64,000 nt of DNA from positions 2,397 to 66,396 of the forward strand of contig JAOPXC010000370.1 of assembly GCA_025965335.1 (NCBI GenBank), given 5' to 3'. Within the stretch, counting starts at the first letter, position 1, and the number at the start of each line of letters is the position of its first letter. The translations under genes and the position numbers were made by a program. This DNA comes from Nocardioides sp. GTDB taxonomy: Bacteria > Actinomycetota > Actinomycetes > Propionibacteriales > Nocardioidaceae. The notes under the pieces were generated by a model. It did not search any database and was not told the origin of the DNA. It worked only from the letters and a program-made list of their open reading frames with translations. Shown one piece after another: positions 56,360 to 64,000 of this stretch.

Positions 56360-57043
56360 ATGAGCGTTCGGAAAGCCTTGGTACTCAGTGCTGCCGTTGC
56401 TCTGGCTCTACTTGGCGCTACGCCTGTGGCGGTGGCGCAGGACTTCGGTCACCACGGGCGCGGCCACGCACACCAGCAGCACTCCCGGTCCAGCGACGAC
56501 AGCGACAACTCGGGTGATGACAGCCCCGACACAGGACAGCCAGACACCGCAACCCCAAGCGCCGACACATCTTCGAGCCAAGCGGCCGCAGCCGGGGGAA
56601 CGGTTCGTTCTGGTGCAGCACAAACGATCACGGCCGAGCTGACTGCCTACGATTTCTCGGACAATCAAGGCGGCTCGAACTCGACCATCTGTTGCGCGAA
56701 ACTTCACCAGCAGGCCGGCGGCACCGGAACGTTCGCCGACCCGATCACCACAGCCGTTCCTGGTTCCGGTGGTAGCGGGATGCAAACGCCGGCCGGCACT
56801 CGGATCTACGTACCGTCGCTTGCCGCGTATTTCATCGTGGAGGATTCCGGGGCAACCCCGACCTCACGCACGAGGTTCGACTTGTGGTTGGACGGTCGCG
56901 GATTGAGCTCGGCTTCCGCTTGCATGGATCGGGTCACTCGAACCACGACGGTGATCATCAATCCACCCGCTGGGAAGCCCGTTGGCCACGTGGGTCCGTT
57001 GGGTGATGCGAGTGGATGCCACGTACCGGCGAGCGGAAGCTAG
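56360..57043 (+). CDS. Secreted protein with 3D/double-psi-barrel-like domain
   Basis: Signal peptide AVA-Q; T.Y...DN, AGGTGT..DPIT.A, GTR.Y.P...YFIVED, D.W. Confidence 0.7.
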   Translation: MSVRKALVLSAAVALALLGATPVAVAQDFGHHGRGHAHQQHSRSSDDSDNSGDDSPDTGQPDTATPSADTSSSQAAAAGGTVRSGAAQTITAELTAYDFSDNQGGSNSTICCAKLHQQAGGTGTFADPITTAVPGSGGSGMQTPAGTRIYVPSLAAYFIVEDSGATPTSRTRFDLWLDGRGLSSASACMDRVTRTTTVIINPPAGKPVGHVGPLGDASGCHVPASGS

Positions 57044-57557
57044 CTCTGACCTGCACGTTTGTTTGTGATGATGATGTTTTGATGATGTGGAGATGATGAT
57101 GGCCGTAATGGTAAGGCTGGCCGGCGTGGACCGCGAACGCTTCGAGTCTGCGACGCAGTTTGAGGAGCATGAGGACCGGCTGTACCTCAAGGACGCCGGG
57201 GGTTCCGTGGTGGCGGTGTTCGCGGCGGGCCGGTGGGATGGCGTTTTCCACGTTGAGCCCCGCAGTCAGGTTCGTTGAGCCCCACAGCTCTGCTCATGTT
57301 CCGCCGGCGCTTGGAGGTGGTTCGTGTGGGACGACTCAACACCCCCGATGATCAGGTCGGCGCCGATTACGTCCTCGGCTGCCACGGCGCCCAATACCTG
57401 GTGCCGACGATCGAGCACATTGACCGGCACGTGCTGGTGCTCACCGCCCGGTTGCGGAAGTGGATCGGTGAGGACAAGTTCCCGGACCTGGTCGAGACGC
57501 TGACCGTGGACCGGGACCGGTTGCTCGAGCGGCGGATGTATCTGATGGAGATGGCGG

Positions 57558-57836
57558 CTACTTCAGCGCGTTGATCTGATTGATCCGCTGCCGCGACAGT
57601 CCCATGCTCGCGGCCACTTCGTTGACCTGCGCCGGCCGGTCCTTCGGGTCGGTGGCGAAGTAGTCCTTGATCAGCTTCTTTCGGACGGCGACCGCGTGCA
57701 GGTAGTCGCGCTCTACCTGGGCACAGTGCTCGAGAAACGCGGCACGTTCCGAATCGACCGCTTCCTTGAGCTGCTCCTCAACTATCTTGAGCCGCGCACG
57801 CTGCTGCTGCGCTCGTGACACCCTCGCCGCTGACAT
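57558..57836 (-). CDS. HTH DNA-binding protein
   Basis: VNEVA..MGLSRQRI.QI; promoter TTGCCG-N17-TATCCT seven nt before ATG. Confidence 0.8.
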   Translation of the reverse strand: MSAARVSRAQQQRARLKIVEEQLKEAVDSERAAFLEHCAQVERDYLHAVAVRKKLIKDYFATDPKDRPAQVNEVAASMGLSRQRINQINALK

Positions 57837-57896
57837 GTCGACAAGGATAGACAGCAGCGGCGCCTGCGGCAACGGTAGTGACTCGCGGTTCATGCC

Positions 57897-58679
57897 CTAC
57901 ACCGCCGCAGCGGCCGGCTGAGGCAGCCGAGACAGCAGGCTCACGACGTTGGATTCCTGCTCGACCACCGGCTGCCGGCGCGATGCGATCAGATCAGACA
58001 GGGCGAGCTCGCGCCGGTCCACGTGCGAGTTGATGTCGAACTTCGTGGTCATCGCATCCACCAGCTCCAACGCCATGGTGGTCTCCTCGGCGGTCACGGT
58101 CACGGCCGGTGCGTCGGGCTCCTGGAACACGGGCTCACGGATCTCGTCCGCCCAGAGGATGACGCGTAGCACCATGACGTCCTCGTGCACGGTGATGGCG
58201 ACCAGGGACTCGCGGGACCGCATCACCATCCGCCCGATGGCGGCCTTGCCTGAGGTCAGCAGCGATTCGGCGAGCAGGGCGTAGGGCTTGTTCGCCCTCG
58301 GTGCATCGCCACGCTTCTTGATCAGGAAGTCGGGGCGCACGTAGTAGGTCTTGCCCAGGTGTAGCGGGTCGATCTGGTGCGGCTCGCAGAAGCTGTCCAG
58401 GGTGATCGCGTGGTCTTTCGCGTCGGTGAGTGCGTCGAGCTCGTCCTTGGTGAACACGATGGAATGTCCGTCCGCGTCCAGGTGGCTGCGGCCGATGTCC
58501 CCGTAGGCGAGGTCTTCGCCGCAGTCCTTGCAGAACCGCTTGTACCCGACCCGACCACCGTCGGCGGGGTGGGCTTCGTGCATTTCGATGCCGTGTTCTT
58601 CGGTGGCGCCGTAGAGCTTGACGGGGACGCTGACGAGGCCGAATGAGATGGTGCCGGTCCAGGTGGCTTTCGAGAACAT
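57897..58679 (-). CDS. ku: Ku DNA end-binding protein
   Basis: W.G.ISFGLV.VPVKLY.AT, IDP......YY..P, Y.LL...L, L.W.DEIR. Confidence 0.95.
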   Translation of the reverse strand: MFSKATWTGTISFGLVSVPVKLYGATEEHGIEMHEAHPADGGRVGYKRFCKDCGEDLAYGDIGRSHLDADGHSIVFTKDELDALTDAKDHAITLDSFCEPHQIDPLHLGKTYYVRPDFLIKKRGDAPRANKPYALLAESLLTSGKAAIGRMVMRSRESLVAITVHEDVMVLRVILWADEIREPVFQEPDAPAVTVTAEETTMALELVDAMTTKFDINSHVDRRELALSDLIASRRQPVVEQESNVVSLLSRLPQPAAAAV

Positions 58680-59053
58680 GTCAGATCTCCTCGGTGCGCG
58701 CTGCGTTGAACTCGTCCTCGTAACCCCACGGCTTCTCGATGGCGCGCACTACCTCGGAGTGATCGACTCCTTCCGCGAGCATGTGCTCGACGAGTAGGGC
58801 CAGGTTGCGCCGGTCGTCGTACCAGTTCTCGGTCATCGTGTGGCCTTCCGGTTGGTGCGGGTGACGGTCCATGAGCTGATCCAGTCGTCGTCAGTGAGGG
58901 TCTCGAGGTCGAAGCCGGCGGCAATGAGTGCGTCGCGGACTGGGGTCCGCAGGTCGCCCTCGGCGCCGACGATGGTGCAGCCGGAGTTGATGACAGCGGC
59001 GTGGAGACCAGCGTTGCGGACTGCGGTCTGTACGTCCTGAGCGAGCTTCGTCA

Positions 59054-59100
59054 TGTCCATAACTCTAGACGACACCACCAGGGCAAGTCAACACTTATGG
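59054..59100 (-). promoter_or_regulatory. Conserved early promoter 1 (leaderless)
   Basis: CCATAAGTG-TTGACT-N18-TAGAGT-TATGGAC-ATG. Confidence 0.8.
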
Positions 59101-59167
59101 CCAACAGATTGAGGCGTTGTCCACCCGGCACATGCCCAGGCTGCAACCTACGCCGAGAGGCACTCCG

Positions 59168-59521
59168 GTGGCGCTCAAACCGTGCCTGGCCTGCGGTGAG
59201 CCCACCCGTGGCTCACGCTGCGGCGGCAAGTGTGGCACCGCCAGCTACCGGGCTAGCGCCACGTCCAAGGGGCTCGGGCGGCAACACCAGCGCATCGCAC
59301 ACCAGCTGATCGCGGACTGGGTGAGCCGCTACGGGTGGGTGTGCCCAGGATGGAAGGATCGGCCGACGCATCCGGTGGCCCCCTTCGCCACCGGTGCCGA
59401 CCAGCTGACCGCTGACCACATTCAGCCTCGATCGGTGAGGCCGGATCTGATGCACGATCCGGCCAACTACCGAGTGCTTTGTAGATCATGCAATAGCAAC
59501 CGTGGCGCGCGACCGGACTAG
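59168..59521 (+). CDS. HNH endonuclease (HK97 gp74-like packaging cofactor)
   Basis: LTADHI.P....P.L..D..N..VLCRSCNS.RG. Confidence 0.85.
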   Translation: MALKPCLACGEPTRGSRCGGKCGTASYRASATSKGLGRQHQRIAHQLIADWVSRYGWVCPGWKDRPTHPVAPFATGADQLTADHIQPRSVRPDLMHDPANYRVLCRSCNSNRGARPD

Positions 59522-60753
59522 CTCTCCATCTCCAAGTCCTCCGCGCACGGTGCGGTCACTGGCGCCTCGAGCCCAACCGCCTCGAATCCCCAGTTGGTCG
59601 CCACGCGGCCCTGACGTGAGCCGATCAGGAGCTTGGCCCGCACCAGGTAGGACTCGATCGACTCGAGCGTGCGGTTGTCGATATCAGCCCCCATGGCCAA
59701 GCGCTCCATGCCGACCGGGCCGCCCTTGTGGACCTTGCACAGTGTCCAGAGCACGGCGCGGTCGGACTTGTTCAGGCCGTTGTGGTCGATGTCCTTCATC
59801 TCGAGCGCCCGGTTGACGTCAATCATGGTGACCGGCACGTCAGCGGTGTCAGCGGCGGCGACCGCGAACATGTGGGCTGAGGAAAGCAGGTTCAGGGCGA
59901 TTCTGGGCGTGCACCGGCTGCGGTGCGCCAGTTCGGTCGCTGCATCCTCTTCGATCTTGATGTGCTTGCGCTCAGCGGCGGCAAGCAGGATCTCGGTGAG
60001 CTCCGCCGCCGTGTAGTACTCGAGCGTGCCGCGTAGTGCGAAACGGTCGAGCATCGGCTGTGGCAACTTGCCTGGCTCAGTGGTCGCACCGACGAGGATG
60101 AAGTCGTGCAGCATCTTGGACTCGACCGCCGAGCGTGACCCGGTGCCGACCGCGATGTCCACGCGACCATCCTCCATCGCGGTCAACATGGTGCGCTTCA
60201 CACGCTCGGGCAGGCCGTGGATCTCGTCCACGAAGTAGACGTCCCCGTCCTGCAGCTCGCCGAGTTCGTTCACCAATGTCTCGGGCGTCTTGAGCGCGTC
60301 ACCAGAGGCCAGAACGAGTTCGCCACCGGAGTGCTCGGCAACCAACATGGCAATGCTCGTCTTCCCCAGCCCAGGCGGGCCCTGCAGCAGGATGTGTCCG
60401 ACCGGCTGGCCCAGCGTCTTGGACGCGGTGATGTGCACCGTGAGCTCTACGCGGAGCTTGTCCTGACCAACCATCGTGGCCATGTCGGTCGGGCGAGTCG
60501 CCTTCGACCGTGACGCCGGCGACGCCGCCTCACGCACCACCACGGGCTTGGGTGGCTTGACTTTGACGCCCATGCGGGCGGCGAACTCGCTGAAATCGGT
60601 CACCTTCGACTTTCCCTTCGATCCGTGTAGTGGTGTGACGGTGAGGTCGGGGTACACGCTGTACGCGCCGGTACCGGGGACAGTGACGACGGACTGACCG
60701 ATGAGGACATGCACGTCCTCACCGGCCAGGCCATCGGTCACGTAGACGGTCAT
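59518..60753 (-). CDS. ruvB: RuvB-like branch-migration AAA+ ATPase with N-terminal extension
   Basis: RP......VGQ, H.LL.GPPGLGKT, F.DEIH, AMED, GATT..G.L..P..DRF, TPRIA..LL, GGPVG. Confidence 0.92.
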   Translation of the reverse strand: MTVYVTDGLAGEDVHVLIGQSVVTVPGTGAYSVYPDLTVTPLHGSKGKSKVTDFSEFAARMGVKVKPPKPVVVREAASPASRSKATRPTDMATMVGQDKLRVELTVHITASKTLGQPVGHILLQGPPGLGKTSIAMLVAEHSGGELVLASGDALKTPETLVNELGELQDGDVYFVDEIHGLPERVKRTMLTAMEDGRVDIAVGTGSRSAVESKMLHDFILVGATTEPGKLPQPMLDRFALRGTLEYYTAAELTEILLAAAERKHIKIEEDAATELAHRSRCTPRIALNLLSSAHMFAVAAADTADVPVTMIDVNRALEMKDIDHNGLNKSDRAVLWTLCKVHKGGPVGMERLAMGADIDNRTLESIESYLVRAKLLIGSRQGRVATNWGFEAVGLEAPVTAPCAEDLEMES

Positions 60754-61192
60754 CAGTCGAGCTCGGGCAGCGCCTCGAGGGCGGCGATGATTTCGTCGTT
60801 GAGGACGATTGCCTTGCCGGCGCCCAGCTCGAGGTAGTGCTGGGTGAAGCCGTCCTCGTCCCAACGCTTCACTGCCCAGCGCAGGCCCTCGCTGTCCTTG
60901 CCGGTGGCGATCGTGGTCTCCATGTCATGCTCCATTCGGGAAGTACTTCGCTTCACAGCCACCACACAGCAGCCGGGTCGCACCGTTCGCGTCGCTGACC
61001 TCACGCACCGCCGGCTGGTGGCAGTACCGGGTACCGATGCGGATGTCGCACAGGTCGCCGTCCACCAGCGGGCCCAGGAGGGGCTGCACTGCGTAGAGGC
61101 TGCGCGGCGCCCGGTCTTCCTTGGCCCAGTCAGCGTGCGGGTTGTATGCGGCGGTCATGGTGAGCTCCTAGCGCCTCGGCAGTTCTGGTGCT

Positions 61193-61328
61193 TGGTGCCT
61201 CGCCCCCGAATCGAACGGGGTCTCACGCTCCTACCCAAACAGTCGGTGTCTCCGCATTGTGTGCACCCGATTCGAACGGGCCCGACAGCTTGATAGGCGA
61301 GCGTGCGCGTGGTCCAACCGCGCGAGGC
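61193..61328 (-). ncRNA. 136-nt tRNA-like RNA with extended central helix and two T-arms
   Basis: Acceptor GCCTCGC/GCGAGGC+ACCA; T-arm CCCCG-TTCGATT-CGGGG; inner arm CCCG-TTCGAAT-CGGG; no anticodon loop. Confidence 0.75.
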
Positions 61329-61355
61329 TTGTTCAGTTGTGGCGGTTCTTGGTGA

Positions 61356-61401
61356 TGTCCATAACTCTAGACGCCCACGCCCGCCGTGTCAATACTTATG
61401 G
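61356..61401 (-). promoter_or_regulatory. Conserved early promoter 2
   Basis: CCATAAGTA-TTGACA-N17-TAGAGT-TATGGAC-ATC; drives the tRNA-like RNA. Confidence 0.8.
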
Positions 61402-61460
61402 GCACAGAGAATCGCCCGCCCAACCAGTGGCTGAACGGGCGACCCGGGGAGCTGCAGCTG

Positions 61461-61868
61461 CTAGTGGCTGACCGTGGTGGTGGTCGACGTGGTGGTTACG
61501 CCCTTGGCGCTGCGACTCACCCGTGTAGTGGTCGACCCGGCCGGAGCCTTCCGTGTGACCGTGGTGCTGGACGCACCGTTGCTGCTGTGCGAGGTGCGCA
61601 CGGTCGTTGAGCCCTTGCCCTTGGGCTTCGCGGCGGCCATCCGGTCCACGTCGCTGCAGTTCAGATTCACCCCGCACACCAGCGGCACGATCGGGTCGTC
61701 CTCGCCCAGGTACGTCACTGGTGCCTCGTCATGCTCCTGAGCGGGCTGCACAGCGACGACGGGCGCAGGCGCGGTGTCAGTGGGCCGGTGTGCGTGCCCG
61801 ATCGCCAGGCCGAGACTCAGGGCGCCGATGCAGGCGCCAGTGACCAGTGCGATGCGGACGATGGACAC
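61461..61868 (-). CDS. Secreted/membrane protein with basic Thr-rich tail
   Basis: AGGAG RBS, N-terminal hydrophobic helix. Confidence 0.65.
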   Translation of the reverse strand: MSIVRIALVTGACIGALSLGLAIGHAHRPTDTAPAPVVAVQPAQEHDEAPVTYLGEDDPIVPLVCGVNLNCSDVDRMAAAKPKGKGSTTVRTSHSSNGASSTTVTRKAPAGSTTTRVSRSAKGVTTTSTTTTVSH

Positions 61869-61950
61869 GGAGACTCCTAAGGTAAGGGGGCACCCGAGAA
61901 GCCCCCGTCGTGGCCCTGAGAGCCAGCGGGGGCGGTGGACGGGGGAAGGG

Positions 61951-62127
61951 TCAGCGGTTGGCTTCGATCCAACGACTGGTGCGCTCCGCCTTCATGGCCT
62001 TGAGCACGTCCTGGTCGACAGTCAGGCTGCGGTCACCTTCCTTGGCGAGCACTCCCTCGTCACTCTTGATGGCGTGGGTCAGCTGGCCGGTGGTCCACTT
62101 GCTGAAGTCGTAGCTGCTCTTTGTCAT
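61951..62127 (-). CDS. Small early protein
   Basis: Leaderless ATG after promoter 3; high GC3. Confidence 0.65.
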   Translation of the reverse strand: MTKSSYDFSKWTTGQLTHAIKSDEGVLAKEGDRSLTVDQDVLKAMKAERTSRWIEANR

Positions 62128-62163
62128 GTCCATAACACTAGCCATCGCACCTCATGATGTCAA
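62127..62163 (-). promoter_or_regulatory. Conserved early promoter 3 (leaderless)
   Basis: TTGACA-N17-TAGTGT-TATGGAC-ATG. Confidence 0.8.
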
Positions 62164-62235
62164 GCGTTGTGCGCCATCCATCTCATCCATCCATCCATAT
62201 GCGCAACACACACGCATGCACACGCACACGCCATG

Positions 62236-62341
62236 CACTGATGACCGGTCACTGATCACTGATCTCATGGTCTCTTAAGACCGGTCACTGATGACCGGTC
62301 ACTGATGACCGGTCACTGATCTCTTAAGACCGGTCACTCAG
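62236..62341. repeat. Array of GACCGGTCACT(GAT) units
   Basis: Five copies at 62243, 62279, 62293, 62307, 62328 with CACTGAT and CTCTTAA spacers. Confidence 0.9.
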
Positions 62342-62640
62342 TGGCACCATCCCTGACCACCCATCCTTTGCGCCGGCGCTCGAGCTCAAGGCGCGCCGGC
62401 GGACCGGGCAGAGCTCTGACCTGCGTCCTTACACGCGACGTTGATCCAAAAGTTCAAACGATCAAGCCCCAGGCCCTTCCTCCCGGTTTTTCGCGGTGCA
62501 CGAGGGTTTCCCACTAAAATGATCACCGTCGGGATCCGAGAGACGATCAAGACCGTTTCCGCTGGTCAGTGGCTTGGTCGACGCATCCTAGAGACGATCA
62601 ACCTCCTGGCCGAGGCCTGGCACGTAGACTGCAATCTCGA

Positions 62641-62713
62641 CGTGATGTAGCTCAGCTGGTAGAGCACCCGACTCATGATCGGGAGCGCGCAAGTTCGATC
62701 CTTGCCATCACGA
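62641..62713 (+). tRNA. tRNA with CAT anticodon (elongator Met, or Ile2); CCA not encoded
   Basis: CGTGATG/CATCACG acceptor, GCTC/GAGC D-arm, CCCGA-CTCATGA-TCGGG, GCAAG-TTCGATC-CTTGC. Confidence 0.92.
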
Positions 62714-62719
62714 CGTAGT

Positions 62720-62820
62720 GCAGGTTCGAGTCCTGCCAGGCCGATCCAGGTCTGTAGCCCAATCGGTAGAGGCGGGGGTTGGGACGTCCCCTATAAACGG
62801 CGTCCCTTCTAACTCCTCGC
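62720..62820 (+). ncRNA. Circularly permuted tRNA-like element
   Basis: Order T-arm, closed acceptor hairpin, D-arm, long hairpin. Confidence 0.55.
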
Positions 62821-63333
62821 TGGTCAGGGGCCCGGGTTTTCGATCCCAGGAACGTCCGCGAGCAGTTCATCAACGAGCCGCTGCGTCAAGATCGAGTGCT
62901 CGTCGGGGTACTCGGCGCAGTGCGCGACCATGGCGTCGTGTCGGTGGCTGAGGAATTTTGCGAATGGGCGCAGGTCGGTGTCGAGGTAGACGTCTCTGGC
63001 GCACTCCGGGCACTGGATCATCTCAGTCCTCGGGTGATGGCGTCTTTTCCGGAGAACTGGGTGTCCGGCCCGTAGTACGGCGGCACGGCGGGTAGTGGCG
63101 GACCGGGGGCGAACCGTGGAGATCCATCCCATGCGCAATTGCACATGCACATTCCCGGGTGGCCACGGATGAGGCCGCAGCCGTGGGAGCCCCAGCAGAC
63201 GTCACATTCCGGGCCGCCTCGGGAGATGACGTTCCACTCCTGGATGAGGTCCCACTGAGCCTTGGTCAGGTCTAGTTCGTCCCACGCGCTCATGCACCGC
63301 ATTGTCCCAGATCAAACAACCAGGAGGTGACCG

Positions 63334-63783
63334 ATGAGCGGTAGCCGTGGACCTTTGTCCAATCCGAACGCGCGGCACCTCCGGGGGAAGTCAGCGGCGG
63401 GCAAGATCCAGCTTCCAATGGAGGGCTGGCAGGGTCCGATCCCGGACTGGCCCCTGCTCGAGGGTTTACAGCCCGAGTTGGAGCGGTGGGAGCGGTTGTG
63501 GCGTACGCCGATGGCGGCGCAGTGGGTGCGGATGCACATTGACACGGTGATTGCCCGGTATGTGCGGGTGGCGTTGCTCGCCGAGTCGTTTGATCACGAA
63601 ACGTCGGTGGCGATGGCGAACATCAAGGGCGAGGCGCGGCAGCTGGAGAGCTTGCTGGGGTTGAATCCTTCGGCGCTGAAGCGTCTGGAGTGGGAGATCG
63701 TGGTCGATGAGGTTGAGGAGCAGCGTGAAGTGGCTCCGGCGCGGCGGCGGTTGAAGGCTGTGGACCCGGATGTGCCGGCCTGA
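63334..63783 (+). CDS. Terminase small subunit (actinophage type), first gene of head operon
   Basis: AGGAGG RBS; GP.....AR, P.WPL, W..LWRTP.A.QW, ARY, E.RQ.E..LGL.P....RL.W.I, RLKAV motifs. Confidence 0.8.
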   Translation: MSGSRGPLSNPNARHLRGKSAAGKIQLPMEGWQGPIPDWPLLEGLQPELERWERLWRTPMAAQWVRMHIDTVIARYVRVALLAESFDHETSVAMANIKGEARQLESLLGLNPSALKRLEWEIVVDEVEEQREVAPARRRLKAVDPDVPA

Positions 63784-64000
63784 TGGCCCCGCCGTACAAC
63801 GTCCGCGACTGGTTCCGTGAGGACGTCCAGCACGACAGCCCCGACCACGTCGTGCTGTGGCAGGACTGGTTCACCTTGCACGGTATCGACCCGTCCGAGG
63901 TGTTGCTGACGCACTGGATTGAGCGTCGTGCCCACGGCGCGCAGAACCAGATTGTGTGGCTTGAGGACGGTGTGCGTGACGGCGAGCCGATCACCGTTGA
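63783..64000 (+). CDS. Hypothetical protein, 3' truncated
   Basis: TGATG overlap; open to window end (MAPPYNVRDWFRED...). Confidence 0.55.
   Translation, partial: MAPPYNVRDWFREDVQHDSPDHVVLWQDWFTLHGIDPSEVLLTHWIERRAHGAQNQIVWLEDGVRDGEPITV

Noticed and set aside
61193-61328. tmRNA or intron-containing tRNA
   Set aside because: No G3-U70 alanine identity, too short, no tag ORF; no anticodon loop is restored by removing an internal segment and no group I core is visible.
62236-62341. Possible mini CRISPR array
   Set aside because: Units are 11-14 bp and mostly abutting, with no unique ~30-bp spacers and no cas operon; the Cas4-like gene is a normal phage exonuclease.
1-64000. Integrated prophage with host flanks
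   Set aside because: No host housekeeping genes; integrase is internal with phage genes on both sides, and ruvB/ku sit in phage-type promoter cassettes.

Overview
The whole window is a high-GC actinobacterial temperate siphophage genome with no host genes, apparently circularly permuted: it opens inside the major capsid gene and ends just after a terminase small subunit gene. Gene order: HK97-type head and neck genes, tail genes (chaperone -1 frameshift, 1379-aa tape measure), membrane/lysis genes with a class F sortase plus candidate substrate, an S53 protease, an endolysin-holin fusion, two very long 20-aa-repeat fibre-like proteins (1-29.2 kb), a leftward accessory arm with an FtsK/TraB-like ATPase and a complete TerS/TerL pair (29.3-38.2 kb), candidate attP, serine integrase and repressor/Cro switch (38.3-41.1 kb), rightward early/replication genes (Cas4-like nuclease, SSB, primase-helicase, iteron origin, resolvase), a leftward cluster with Ku and RuvB behind three near-identical promoters, and a putative genome-end region with repeats, tRNA-Met and the other TerS. 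Most notable: (1) apparently two unrelated terminase systems, (2) two non-canonical tRNA-like RNAs (one with two T-arms, one circularly permuted), (3) a phage sortase/substrate pair, (4) a conjugation-like FtsK module. All family assignments come from motifs recognised by eye; no database search was run.
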